Positions 46,186 to 58,968 are shown, counted from the first letter of the stretch. The stretch is 64,000 nt of DNA from Rebecca billardiae RCC1528 (GCA_965240325.2 OZ251244.1:1240001-1304000); one strand, 5' to 3'. Notes: generated by a model from the sequence alone, not told the origin. Program-made: numbers and translations.

Positions 46186-48124
46186 TAGCCTGGTCCAAAC
46201 GCACTGGAGCACTTTCGGGGATTTTATCGCCAAATGAATGCGGGCCCCTAGGCACGCGCTCACACCCGGAAACAGCGTAACAAATGGGCCCAGCCCGGGC
46301 GGAGCAAAAGTTTCGGCCTAAAAATCGCATCCGCGGCCCGTCGTGAGCGTGCGCGCGCGCGCCGCGGACAGCTACGGACACATAGAGAATCGTCAGTCCG
46401 AATGTGGGTAAGTACTTAGCCGAAATGAGCCCAAACGCACGAACTTACTTATTGGCGTACGTCGAGGCGAGCATGAACCCTGGTACAGGCCATTAGGATG
46501 GGCTGTGGTCTGTGCTGCAAGTGGCCGTACTCAACTACTGCAAGATCGACAATATTACCCATTTATACCCGCATATTATGGGCAATGTACCCGCATAAAT
46601 ATGCGGTCTTGACCTGTATAATTAAAATAACACTATGTCGTTACACATTCGCCATAGGTGGGTAGCTGTCCCAGGCTGCACGATTAGTGCGGCGCTCGGG
46701 GTGCAGTGGTCGGACGAGGCTCCGCCTGGCCTTCCGCGCACTCCTGCAGACAAGAAGAGGGCCGGACTCCCACCCGGCCAGGCGTGCGGCAGTCGGTCAG
46801 GTGCTGGACCTGGTCTGGAGACCATCTCCTGCGTGGCGACTGGCCGATATGCGGCACAACGCGCGCCGCCGTGAGCCACACGGCAGGTTCGCAACGGATC
46901 CGGTTCGCGTGTCCACGGCGGCGTGCATCGAGTCATTCAAGCTGTCAAGTCGCGTGCCACGCCCGCCCTTTCACTTGGGGCATCAGTACTGCCTACAACG
47001 ACGACATGTGCGTCCTTAGATGAGGCATAATCGCGATTCTAGCTGCCCGTCCAAGGGTCAGATCGCACGTCTTTGCTCGCCCGACAGCCTCAACGGCGGA
47101 CTGATATGATCCGCGGGTGACGATGCGACCGCTTCGAGTGCGCCTACGGCCACCACCGGGGTGGGGATCGTTCATGGGCACCCTCTGCGTGCCATGACAT
47201 GCTCTGGCCGTGCGTGGTGACTTGGCCCACCGCGCGTAAACGGGAAAGACACCCGAGCACGTGCTTCCGAGCCACCCGAATGGCACAATGTGCCACCCAT
47301 GGACACCAAACACGTGCCAGAGCGCGAGCCTTGCGTGCTGGAGTAGCTGCACGACACCGAGGAAGACGTATGCGCGCTCTCAACCATCTTCAAGCGACGA
47401 CTCCGTCGACTCTGCCTCGCAGACCGCGGTACGATCCTTGACCTTGTGCTCGCAGCAAAGGCCATGACGGTAAAGCAGCACCCAGGCGATGGGAGTCAGC
47501 CGGCAGCCACCACACTGCGACTGTACACACCCAGCCCCGCAAGGCGAGCCATCCTGCTCGCCACCAGCCCGTCATACAGCTCCACGAGGAGCACAAATCG
47601 ACAGCCGCCGCTCAGGACGACCCATGCGCGAACGTGACGGGACTGGCCGGATGAAGCGTTGGCGATGCGCAGCGCGCCCAACGCTGGTGGTGGCATCGAA
47701 TACATGCTAGGGGTAGGCGGTGGCCGACACGAGCCGTCGCGTGGCCCGCATATTACCCGAGGTGGCCCGTCTCGAAGGCGCGGCGCAACCCAGCAGGTGA
47801 GCGTTCGACGCACGCCGTCGGGCGAGAAGTCGACCTGGCGACGGACCGCGGGCGGCGGAAGCAACGCAGACATGTCGCTCAAGGTGTGCACGCACACCAC
47901 CGGGGCACCCGAACGATGTGTCCAGCACTACACCTGACATGAGGCGGCGCAGTCGTCCAGTCAAGGCTCTCGAGCCCCTTCCGACCTTCGTCGCGGCGAG
48001 CCGTCGGACGGCCGGTGGCGATTTTTGACGAGCGCGACGAGCGACGAGAAAAATCGGGAGAAATGAGGCGCCCAAAATCCGAAAAAGGCTTTTTCAATGG
48101 CGAAAATCGAGATGGACCAGGCTA
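46186..48124. mobile_element. Non-autonomous TIR element, 1.94 kb, TAGCCTGGTCCA ends, 7-bp TSD GTCTCAG
   Basis: Perfect 12-bp TIR at 46186-46197 and 48113-48124. GTCTCAG at 46179-46185 and 48125-48131. Confidence 0.82.
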
Positions 48125-48587
48125 GTCTCAGGCTCTCAAGCGCTAGAGTGAGAGCCAGAGAGAGAGATCGAGAGAGAGAGAGGTGGCATCAACAAGGGCG
48201 ACTGCGGGCGGCTATCTGAGACACGGCGCGAGCCGCATTACGACCCGTGGCTCCGAAGTCTGGCCGGCTGAGACGGTGAGAGGATGGGACCAGCCGCCCG
48301 GAGCGTGCGCCAGCCGCGTTCGTGCCCGAGACCCGCGCCGGTCACGGGTGCCGCGTGAGGCGATGGTGAGAGAGTCGTGCCAGGCGAACGCGGGGCCGGC
48401 TCACGACGCCCGCGTGCGGGCGATCACCCCGCTTCAGCCAGCAAGCAGACCCCGCGGCGGTCACGCGTCGCGGGCCAGGGAGGCGTAGGCAGCTCATGCC
48501 GCCGCTGTCGATTCGAGCAGCGACCGGCGCCGCGCTTGCATCGGCGTGCGGCGCGCGTGCCAGCCGGCCGCGGCTCGCGGCGCGCGC

Positions 48588-49079
48588 CTAGATGTTGAGC
48601 GCGGCTGCCATGGCCTGGTACACCTCCAGTCCGATCTCCGCCTGCGCCTTCTCCACCTCGTCCGAGGTGCTCGCCACGGCCGCCGTGTACTCGGCGACGC
48701 CCTTCTTCACCTCGTCTGGGTCGAGGTCGTCGAGCGGCACGGCCTCGACGGCCTGGACGTCGAGTGAGGAGTCCGGCTTGACGTACGCAAAGCCGCCCGA
48801 GACGAAGAACTGCTTCAGCTCGGTGTCGCCCTCCTGCTCCTGCACCGCCACGACGCCCGGCTTCATCGCCGCGATCGTCGGCACGTGATCCTTGAGCACG
48901 CCAAACACACCCGACGCGCCCGGCACAATCACCATCTGCACGGGTGCTGCGGCGTAGATGGCCTGGGACGGGATGGAGAAGTTGAACTTGAGCTTCGTCG
49001 CGAACGCCGCGTCCGTCTCCGCCGCCGCCGCCTCGGAGGCCAGGCCGCGTGCGGCTCGCAGCAGCGCGTTGCGGAACAT
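48588..49079 (-). CDS. ATP5F1D: Mitochondrial F1Fo ATP synthase subunit delta (ATP16/ATP5F1D family)
   Basis: Presequence-like MFRNALLRAARGLASEA; LKFNFSIP, VIVPGASGVFGVLKDHVPTIAAMKPGVV, FFVSGGFA, AVEAVPLDDLD, KAQAEIGLEV; 163 aa. Confidence 0.96.
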   Translation of the reverse strand: MFRNALLRAARGLASEAAAAETDAAFATKLKFNFSIPSQAIYAAAPVQMVIVPGASGVFGVLKDHVPTIAAMKPGVVAVQEQEGDTELKQFFVSGGFAYVKPDSSLDVQAVEAVPLDDLDPDEVKKGVAEYTAAVASTSDEVEKAQAEIGLEVYQAMAAALNI

Positions 49080-49542
49080 GGCGGCGAGCGAGAGCTCGGG
49101 AGGTGCTCCTCGGCACAGCAGCCCCAAGATTGGCGAGGGCCGACGATGACTGCGCGCAAGGCACGAGTCCGGGGCAGCGGGCCGGACTTCAGAAGTACTG
49201 CAGCAGCCGGGCTCGCCACGGCGCCGCTTCGTCACGAGCGGCTCCAGACTTCTCTGGCGCATTTGCGAGTCGCCGACGAACAATGCGGCGATCGCGGGGC
49301 GAAACAAATTTCAGGTGGGCCAATCGCCGCCCCGCGTCCGTGTTTGTTGCGCCCGAACTTGTGGCGCCCGGCAGCTGTGGCAGCCGACGAGCGACCTCCA
49401 AGGCCGCCGCCGCCTCTCACGACCGGCCGCGCCCTCGCTCGAGGCGCGCCCGCGCGTGCGCCGTCGAGCGCGCGCACGCCGCCGTCGCGCTCCGCGCGTG
49501 GCCGCCCACGCCCTCGGCCCGCCGCACCGGCACCGAGCGCGC
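49080..49542. promoter_or_regulatory. Probable bidirectional promoter region between ATP synthase delta and GH35
   Basis: Divergent start codons separated by 463 bp; inferred from geometry only. Confidence 0.45.
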
Positions 49543-52500
49543 ATGGCCGACGCCGAGCAGATGACGTCCGCAGGGCCGCCGGGCGCGCCGCCGGGCGCGC
49601 CCGGCCTCGGCCGCTCGCACTCGAGCCCGGCGCTGCCGCCGCCGCCGCTCGGGCTCAGCCCGCCCGAGATCAAGAAGACCGTCTCGCTGCGCAGCAACAC
49701 CTCGAGCGCGCCGCGCATGCCCCACCACTACGAGCTCGGCGAGCACGGCGGCACGATCTCTTGGGACGCGGGCTCCTTGATTCTCGACGGCAAGCGCACG
49801 CTGATCTTCTCGGGCGAGTTCCACTACTGGCGCTTCCCGGACGCGTCGGAGTGGGAGAGCGTGCTGCGCTCGTACCTCGCCGCCGGGCTCAACGCCGTCC
49901 GCATCTACTTCCACTGGGGCTTCCACTCGCCGCGGCGCGGCGTGTACCGGTTTGGCGGCAACCGCGACGTGGACGGCTTGCTGGCGCTGTGCGAGCGGCT
50001 GGGTCTGTACGTGCTCGCGGCGCCGGGGCCGTACATCTGCGCGGAGACGTCGGGCGGCGGCTTCCCCTACTGGCTGCTCGAGGACCGCTCCGTCCGCATC
50101 CGGCACATGGCGACCACGGGCGTACTCAAGTATGACGAAACCTTCATGGACGCCTGCTCCGAGTGGTACGAGCACATCGTGCCGCATCTCGCGCGGCACG
50201 AGATCACGAAGCGCGGCGGCGGCGCGGGCGGGCGCGGCTGCGTGATCCTGTTCCAGGTGGACAACGAGCTCTTCGAGAAGAAGATCATCCCGCTCGGCCT
50301 GCACCGCCACATGTACGAGCTCTCCACGAAGGCGCGCTCGCTCGGCGTGACCGTCCCGTTTTTCCACGACGACGGCCTCCTCTGGGGCTCGTGGCTGGGC
50401 GGCGACTCGGAGAAGAAGTACTCGGTGGACCTGTACGGGTTCAACCTGTACGTGATCTTCGCGCCCGGCTCGGTCTGGGGCGGCAAGGCCTCCGCGGAGA
50501 AGACCCTCGCGGCGTGGAGCGCCAAGGACTTCGTCGGGATGGTCGACGGGATCGAGACGGGATTTCGGAACCTCGGCCGCGCCGCAATCACGTCGCCCAT
50601 TTTTATTCCCGAGCTGCAGGCGGGGTGGTTCAACCGGTGGGGGCTGAAGCAGGGGTTCGACGACCTGTACCAGTTCTACGGCGAGACGTTCATGCAGCTC
50701 CTCCTCGCCTCCGTCCTCGCGCAGGGCTGCTCCCTCGCCTCCATGTACACGTTCTGCGGCGGGACTAACTGGGGAGCGCTGCCCGACCCGGACGTGTACA
50801 CGAGCTATGACTACGCCGCGCCTCTGCGTGAGTACCGGCACCCGTCGACGAAGCTGGCGCTGCTGCGCTCGCACGTGATCAACCCGGTGCGCGCGCTGGA
50901 GTACGACTTCGCCACCGCGCACGCCGTCGGCGAGGGCACCGCGCTCGGCGCGCGCTGCGTCGCGCTCGACGGCGCCGCGCCTTCGTTCGAGGGGTTTCCA
51001 CTGCTGGCCAAGCAGCGCTCGTCCGCGCGCGGCGTGCAGCTGTGCCTGCTGCGCAACCTCGCGCCGTCGGGGAAGGCGCGGCGCGTGGCGCTGCACCTGG
51101 GCGGCGCGCACGCGCACGCCGAGCTCGAGCCGCGCACCGCCTTCTTCGCCATCGGCCACGTCTACCAGTCCTCGCCCTACCTGCTGCTGTCCGGTGTGCC
51201 CGTGCTGAGCTACGGTCGGTATGGTGGCGCGGCGGCGGGCGGCGGCGCGGGCGCGGCGCCCGGCGCGGGCGCGGCGCGGCGCGCGGCGGGGGCCGGCGCG
51301 GCGGGGCCGGGCGGCGGGTCGGACGGCGCGGCGACGCCGCCGTCCGGTGGCGGCGCCGGCGTCGACCCCGCCGCCGAGGACGTGTACATCGTGCGATGCG
51401 TACCCACCGCCTCGATGTGCTTTAGAGGCCACCTCGCCGTTCTGAGCGCGAGCGCGCTGCCTCGCACGGGCCTGCCCGCGGCCGACGCGGCGGCGAGCGC
51501 GACGCCGGCCAAGCTGGTGCGGTTGGAGCACGGGTACGCGCACGTGGAGTACCCCGACGAGGCGGGGCTCGGGCTGCTGGGCACGGGCGGCCGCTCGCTC
51601 GTCGCCGGCTGCCTGCCCGTGCGCCGCCAGCGCTACCGGCGGGCGGCGGCGGCCGCGGCCGCGGCAAAGGCCGCCGCGCGGGCCTCTCCGATTGGTATGC
51701 GCGCGCGCGCGCTCCGGGCGAACCTCGAGGGCGTGGCGGAGGGCGACGAGCGCGGCGGCTCGGCGAAGCGGCCGCCGGGCTCGGCGAAGGCGTCCCTCCC
51801 CTCCGTCGCCTCCGACTCCGCGCTCTCCGAGCTCGACTCAGTCGACGAAGAGCCGCTGACTTGGGTGTGGCTACTGCAGCCGTGCGCCGTTCGTCTCACG
51901 GTCGCCGCGCCGCCTCCGGATGAGCCGTTCCGCTCGTCGGCGCTGTCGGGGCGGGGCGCGTCGGCGGCGCCGGCGGCCGGCGCGCCGCGCCCGTCCTCCG
52001 CCGGCCGAGGCTCGCGCACCGCGCTGCTCGTCTGCCTGGGCGACGCCGAGGCGCCGACGGTTCACACCCACCACGGCAGTGACGGGTCGTTTGGGGCGTG
52101 CTGGGGAGTGACGGCGGCGCACTTCGCGGCCGATGGCTCGTCGGTGCGGGTGACCGCGACGGGGCAGCAGGTGGCGACGATCCTGCCGCCGGCGGGCCGC
52201 GCGCCCAAGCCCGCGCGACCGCTCGAGCCCGCCAAGTGGGCGGCCGGCGCGGCCGCCGCGCCGCCGCCGCCCGCAGACGCGTGCAGCGCCACACCAGCGC
52301 TCGCGGTGCCGCCGCCCAAGCTGCCGCCCTCGCCCGCGCTCACAGCGCTGTGCAGCTGCGTGGTCGGGCTCGCGACGCCGCCCTCCGCCGAGCTCGAGGC
52401 GCCGCTCGCGCTCACGCCGTGGGAGGGGACCACCTTCGACTGGGGCAAGATCAGTTGGAAGGAGGTGCGCGGCGCAGCGCGCGCGCACCGCGCGCGCACC

Positions 52501-54709
52501 GCGCACCGCGCGGGCCGCGCGCGCCGCGCGCGCCGCGCGCACCGTGCGTGGCGCACGCGCCGCGCTCGCCCGCCGCGCGGGCTTGCTGTGTGGGCTCTGT
52601 GTGCGCGTGTGTGTGCCCCGCACGCGCCGCACGCGCACCGCGCGCCTTGCGTGCTGCGTTGCGGCTCGGGCGCTGTGGGCCACGGCCGCGCTGCCGCGCG
52701 CGGCGCGCGCGCGCGCGGGTTGCTGCTCCCGGCCGGTGCGCGAACGAGCTGACGCAAACACGTGCACGCGTGCGCCTCCGTCCGCGGCGGCGCCGCGCCG
52801 CCGGCGCGCGCGCGCGCGCGTGCAGATCGACATCAAGAAGTACGTCGAGCGCGACTCGCTCTACTCGGGCCTCAACGGCGGGCTCTCGTTCTATCGGTGC
52901 ACTTTTGAATGCGCCGGAGGTTCCGCAAAGAACATTCGGCTGCGGCTGAACGCGCGGCACCGCGTGGCGATCTACTGCAACGGCGGGTACGTGGGCTCGG
53001 AGACGATCTACGCGTCCGCGATGCTCAAGGCGGGCGCGCCGAACGGGCCGGATATCACGCCCGCGGGTGCGCGCGCCGCGCGCGCGCCGCGCCGCGCCGC
53101 GCCGCGCCGCGCCGCGCCGCGCCGCGCCGTACCGCTCTGCGCGCGCTCACTGCCCGCCGCGCCGCTCGCCCCCCCAGGCGCGCGAGTGTACCCGCTCCGC
53201 CACCTGCTCACGCGCGGCACGAACGAGCTGCGCGTGATCGTGCACTCCTTCGGCCAGAGCCGGTACGGATGCGCCCCGAGCGCCCCGCTGCCATCGTGTT
53301 CGCGATTCTTTTTCCCGTCCTTTGTTCTACTCAGCGCCGCGCTCTTTTTTTTTTAATCCATTGCTTGGCGCTGCTCGTGCTGCTGCTGCTGTGTCGTGCG
53401 CGATGCCCGCGCGCGGTGCGGCGCGGTGCGGCACGGCCCGCCCACCCGGCCCGCACGCCCTCCCACCCGCGCGCACACGCTCACACCCCCGTCCCCACCA
53501 CCGCTCCTCCCAACCCTACCCCTACCCGTACCCTAACCCTACCCCTATACCCACCAGCTGCCCTGTGATTCTTGACGATGCACGGAACCCGCGCGGAATC
53601 CTCAGCGCTTCGCTCAAGGGCGGCGCGGCGGCCGTGCGCTGGGCCATCGGCGGGTTGGACTGCAAGCAGCTCGACAACGCCTTCGCCACGGACGGCGTGC
53701 CGCCCGAGGCCCTCGGCACCGCCTTCACGCCGCTGCCATCGCCAGACTTGGTGCAGCCGGCGGCGGCGGCGGCGGCGGCGGCGGCAGACGCGGGCACTGC
53801 TGCGGGCGCGCGCGGCGCGGCTTTCACGCTCACGCGCGAGCAGGGGCTCGTGCACGCGCGCGCGGCGTTCACGCGGCCGCCGCCGCCCAAGCCCACGCCG
53901 GAGGGCGGCGCCGTGCGCCTCCCGCTCCGCGCCACGCTCGAGGGCAGCGCGTCCGCATATCTCTCTCTGAATGGCACGCCGGTCTGCCGGTACCACGGAG
54001 ACATGGGACCGCAAACAAGTTTCTTTCTGCCGGACGGTGCGTGCGCGCGTAGCTAACCTAGGCTGCGGTGTGGGCAGGGCTGTGTGCGAGGGTCGGGGTG
54101 CGCCGCGCGACGCGCCGCGCGCCTGCGCGAGGGCGAGGGCTGCGGACTAGGGGCTTCACCCCAGCGCGCGCTCGGAGCGCGGCCTGGGTTAGGGTAGGGT
54201 TAGGGTTAGGGTTAGGCCGGGGCGTGCGCGCGCGGTGAGCGGCGTGTGCGCGCGCCGCGGCGTGGCGGGCGGGCGGGCGGGCGGCGGGCGCCGCGTGGCC
54301 GGAGCGCAGCCGCCCAAGCGCCGCCGCCGTGCCGCTCACGGCCGCGCCACACTCCCACCGCGCGCCCACGCGCTGCGCCGCCGCTGCTGCGCCGCCGCTG
54401 CACCTTGCTTACCCATGCTGCCGCCGCCGCGCGCCCGCTGCTGCCGCCGCCGCGCCGCGCGCCCGCCGCTGCCGCCGCCGCGCGCCCGCCGCTGCCGCCG
54501 CCGCGCGCCTGCCGCTGCGCGCAGGCCTCCTCAAGCCCCCGGGCCAGCCCAACGTGCTCACGCTGACCGCGCACACCACGCAGCCCACCACCGTGCTTCG
54601 CGTGCGCGTGCGCCCGTACGACATTGACATGCGTTCGGGTAACATTGTCGAGACGGCCGCGGGCGGCAAGCCGCTGCAGACTACGTCAGTCGACCTGTCC
54701 TTCGCCTAA
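49543..54709 (+). CDS. Glycoside hydrolase family 35 beta-galactosidase; exons 49543-52464, 52826-53066, 53178-53262, 53558-54036, 54525-54709
   Basis: IFSGEFHYWRFP, GLNAVRIYFHWGFH, PGPYICAETSGGGFPYWL, acid/base QVDNE, nucleophile PELQAGWF, YTFCGGTNWG, YTSYDYAAPL. C-terminal jelly-roll motifs (RNPRGIL, MGPQTSFFLPDGLL). Four phase-compatible GT..AG introns. Confidence 0.93.
53510..53552. repeat. Degenerate telomere-like (CCCTAA/CCCTAC) tract in GH35 intron 3
   Basis: CCAACCCTACCCCTACCCGTACCCTAACCCTACCCCTATACCC just upstream of the acceptor. Confidence 0.75.
54186..54215. repeat. (TTAGGG)n tract in GH35 intron 4
   Basis: GGGTTAGGGTAGGGTTAGGGTTAGGGTTAGG. Confidence 0.88.
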
Positions 54710-56022
54710 GCGGAGTGAGTAAGCCCGTGTCCGGGCAGGAAATCCACCGGACCGCATCGAAATCCACCGGACTTCACCGGACCACGTCGGTCGAGCTGGC
54801 CCTCGCCTAGGGCCCGCAGCCACACGCTCGTGCGCGTGCTGCGCGGCGGGCGCGCCGGCTCGCCGGCTCGGCGGCGCGGCGGGCGGGCCGCGGCGCCATC
54901 CGCGTCTTCAACGGCGTCACCGGTGCCGTCGCGCGGCTCAGGCTTGGAGCGCTCGGCGAGCGCCGACGGGCCGCCGAGCAGCGCGCGCGTGTGTACGGCC
55001 CGGCTGCGTGCGCGCGGCGCCCGCACTCCGGCCCGCACGCGCTCCGGAGTACGGCCCCGCGCGCGGGCTTGATGGCGATGCCCGTCGACGTCCGTGTGCT
55101 GCTAGTGCTGCCTGCGCGTCTGTGCTGGCAGACACTCACTAGCAGACGACTAGTTAATAAGTGAGACACTAGTCTGACTACTGAATTAGCATAGTCACTA
55201 GACAGCCGAGGAGGCGCGGTGGCAAAGGGGCCGGCGCATCACGCCCACGCAGGCGGGGTCGGAGCGTGCACGCGTCCGGGCCGCCGGCACTCGCCGCACG
55301 GCGGGCACTCCGTGAGTCCGTGAGTGCCAAGGGCCCAAGCCCAAGGCCGCGGCGGTGGGCCGCGGTGGCTGGGCTCGGGCAGCTGGGGCTCATGCAGGGC
55401 ACCGCGCCGCACCCGACGCGGACTGCGGCCAGCGCGGGCGGGGGCTGCCGCAGCCATCATGAGACATGATATCATGCCTGCAGACGTACATGGCTCCCGC
55501 AGGCAGCGAGTGAGCGACCGTCTAATCTGTGCTGAGCGCGGAGCCGGCGCTCAGCCGGCATCGCTTCGACCGGCGCCCGGGCCGGCTACGTCGGCGCGAC
55601 GGCCACGAAGGGCCGCGGGGGCACCGCGCAGCGTCACCGGCCGGAAAGGCCGCAGTCATGCGGGTGCCCGATGGACGGGCCGACGCGCCACGTCGGTCCG
55701 GCGGACCGCGCCGCGGGCGCGGGTCGCGCCCGGCGCCGCCGGCGCGCAGCGATGCTGCAGCCTGCCGGGCCCGCCGCCGCTACGCGCTTAGTCTGAGAAG
55801 AGTCCTGAGTAGCAGCACCGTTTCATAAAGAGGACGATGCTGGATCCATCCGACAACTCACATGAGTCACACTGAGGCTAAGAGGCTTGTCACTAACCAC
55901 TAACCAGGCCCCTGGTTTGACGGCGGCACTCGGCGCGGCAGCCATCGTATATTCGTAGTTGCGCCAACGGAATAATCTTGACGCAAAGCATTCGGACTTC
56001 GTGGTGGAGTGAAGAGGCCGTC

Positions 56023-57006
56023 ATGCCCAGCATATCCGCCGCGGTGTCGACGGTCGCGCTCGCCTCGTCCGCGCGCGTGGCCAGCCGGCCGACCCTCGTC
56101 CTCGTCCACGGCCTCGACTCGAGCCGCGAGACGTGGACGGGCACCCTCGGCGCCATCCTCGCGCGCGGCTACCCCGCCATCAGCCTCGACCTGCGCGGCC
56201 ATGGCGAGTCGGCGCTCGGCGGAGCCGACGAGTTCTGCGCGGAGGCGCTCGCGCGCGACGTGATCGAGGCCACGCGCGCGCACGGGATCCGGCGCGCCGT
56301 GCTCATCGGCCACTCGATGGGCGGGCGCGTCGCCATGCGCGCGGCAGCCATCGACGCGCGGCGCGCCGCCGCATCGCCCGAGCAAGGCTCGCTGTTCGCA
56401 GCGGTCGTCGTCGAGGACATGGACCTGCGCGTGCGTCCGGCGGCGCCGGCGCTGAGCGACGAGCTCGAGCGAGCCGTCGTGCGCTTCGCCGCCCCGGACG
56501 GCCGCCGCTTCCCCACCTTCGAGGCGTGCCGCGCCGCGCTGCTCCCTTTCTACGACGAGGACGCGGCGCGCGTCGACTCGTGGCGCGGCACGCGCGTGCG
56601 GCGACGCGCCGACGGCTCGTGGTGGTCGGACATCAACCCGGCGGCGGCGCGGCTCGCGCGCGACACCGTGCTCGCGGTGGAGGACGGCGCGCACGCGTGG
56701 GACCTGCTCGCCGAGCTCTCCTCCAGCCGCGGAGCCGGCCTGCCCTTCGCCGTCCACCTGTGGTACGCCGACCGCCCAGGCAGCGTGTGCGCAGAGGATG
56801 GCCCTGGCGGCGTGCGGGACATGGCGCGCCGGCTGCCGGTATGCAAGGTGCGCCACTTCCCCGGCGCGGGGCACTCGATCCACAACACGGCCGCGGAGGC
56901 GTTCGTCGACGCGGCCTGCGCGGTGCTCGACGAGGCAGCAGCCGGCTCGGGTAACTCGCCAGCCGGCGGGACCGCGACAGCAAATGAGCAATGCCACTCT
57001 GTCTGA
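56023..57006 (+). CDS. Alpha/beta-fold hydrolase (ABHD11/YbfF-like esterase)
   Basis: LVLVHGLDSS, DLRGHGES, nucleophile elbow GHSMGG, VVEDM, catalytic His motif GAGHSIH. Confidence 0.92.
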   Translation: MPSISAAVSTVALASSARVASRPTLVLVHGLDSSRETWTGTLGAILARGYPAISLDLRGHGESALGGADEFCAEALARDVIEATRAHGIRRAVLIGHSMGGRVAMRAAAIDARRAAASPEQGSLFAAVVVEDMDLRVRPAAPALSDELERAVVRFAAPDGRRFPTFEACRAALLPFYDEDAARVDSWRGTRVRRRADGSWWSDINPAAARLARDTVLAVEDGAHAWDLLAELSSSRGAGLPFAVHLWYADRPGSVCAEDGPGGVRDMARRLPVCKVRHFPGAGHSIHNTAAEAFVDAACAVLDEAAAGSGNSPAGGTATANEQCHSV

Positions 57007-57248
57007 GCCTTGACTTTGAGTCCGTCAGTCCGGCACTGGCTCGAGTCACTCCGATGACCTGCCTCGAGTCGACTCCGACGGACGGCCGCCTGTCTGCCGA
57101 GTCGTCGCAATGAGACATGCTGACGACACTGCGTGTCGCCAGTGATGACCGACGATCGAATATAATCGCGCGCGCGGCGCCGACGGACTAGCTAGCCCTG
57201 CTCCGGGCGCGGCGGCCGTCACTACTCACTGCCCGTCACTCAGTACTG

Positions 57249-58968
57249 TAGGGGGGCCAAACCGCCCATTTAAAAATGAAAAGCAAAGTCGCGTCGCATT
57301 TTCGCTCCACCCTCGGCCTTTTAGGGTGGCGCGGAGCCTTTTCCTCGGACCCCGCTCGAAAATCGAGCTCCGACGCCTTCGGACGCTCAGAGCTCGGTTC
57401 CGCTCCAGCGCGAGCGGCCGGAGGCAGTGGACCGCCGCGCGCTCGCGACATTTGAGACGCCGAGATGGTCTCGGGTGCGCGCGCGCGTGACGCTGGTGGG
57501 CGCTACTGACCCGTGCCTTTGTGCCACCAGCGGCTCACCACCCGCTTATTGGCCACCTCGCGCCGTGCGCGGCGCGCGTCGGCCGGCTTGAATTGGCGCG
57601 CTGCGTGCGCCTGTCACGCTACCGCTCGGTGTGGGTCACGATCAACTCGGAGTGGTGAGATCGGTGCTCGGAGCAGGTGTCTAGGTATGTATGTGCATGG
57701 TCAACTCGCCTAACCTGCCCTACTGCGCCGGAATCGCCGTCAGCAGACCGGCGCGAGCTCGCGCGCAACACCTCCGCGGAGCTCGCAACTGTCATGTTCC
57801 GCTTGTAGGGCCCGTGTTTGCACCTGCCGTGGCACTTGCGATGGTCAGTACGTTGGGTATGGGTCACGTGTGCCCTCTGATGGCGTCGGGGCGCCTCCCA
57901 TTCGCCTCTCAGGACGTCGCGGACGTGCTCGCAGGCAGCGGTTGGCTCATTCGACAGGTCCGACGTGCACTCGACCGTGCCTGCAAGCGCGCCCCTGTGA
58001 CGCTCATGCCTGCAGAAGCAGATGCAGATGGGCCCTCATGCACCCTGGTGCGCCCAAGACCGGTGGGAGCGTCAGAGACCGTTCCAATCTTGACACCTTG
58101 CACACGCCGGCGCGTGCAGTTGGGCTCCGCGCAGCCAGCCAGGAGCGCCGAACAGCGCCGGATCAGCCTCTGTAGGCCGAATATCCGCCCCTAAGCCCAG
58201 AAATAGCGCGGAACAGGGTAGTGCGTACCTATATGGACCGATCCCATCCAGCCTGGTTTGGTGCAGACACGCCAGCCACCGCCTGGAGCAGGCGTTTGCT
58301 GCCGAATCGCATGCTCGGCACTGTGCCGCACTGCGACGACGACGACAGATTTGACCTGCCTCGTAGGTCTCGGCCATGGAGCGGTGACGGTTGGCTCGAG
58401 TGACTTTAAACCTTGGTTATGACCGAGAGCACTCCCGGGCTGAGGACATGGGGCCGGTGCTTTGGGTCTACTATGTCTGCAATACGCCGTACGCGTGGCC
58501 GTATACACAGTCTGAAAACGTATCTCGCAGCTCGAGATCAGACGAGACTGTATTCATCAGCATGGCGCCTATATACACGGTGGGTATGTAACGACCGGTG
58601 GCTTCTAGGAAACTACATATTTGACAGCCTGCCAGTACACAGCCTATATCGCATGTTGGGACCGGCTGCTGCTGGGGACTCAGAACGATCTCGCTGAGAT
58701 GCTCTATCAAAGTGAGGTCGACATGGTCTATATGTCACATATAGGACGGCCGTTACATGCCGTTTCCAATAAGTTCAGGCTCATTCTAATAAGTAAATAT
58801 GCTAGCCGTTACGCCCTATAATCAGGGTATGTGCACCTGATGTTTTTACTTGGCCGGCCCAGACCCCTCCAGAGGGCAAATGGTCCAGCCCGAAATCAGC
58901 TCTAAACACTCGCTAGGACCCGCGCTCGTGGCCGTCAGTAACGCTACAGTGCCACTTTGCCCCCCCTA
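57249..58968. mobile_element. Candidate TIR element, about 1.7 kb, TAGGGGGG.CAAA ends
   Basis: TAGGGGGGCCAAA at 57249 and TTTGCCCCCCCTA ending at 58968 (12/13 inverted match). TSD is ambiguous (TA if the ends are the G/C runs). Confidence 0.5.

Noticed and set aside
49417-51543. 708-aa minus-strand ORF
   Set aside because: Antisense shadow of GH35 exon 1.
43832-57006. P450 + GH35 + hydrolase as a biosynthetic gene cluster
   Set aside because: There is no scaffold-forming enzyme, the genes are interrupted by a housekeeping ATP synthase gene and TEs, and no evidence of co-regulation is available.
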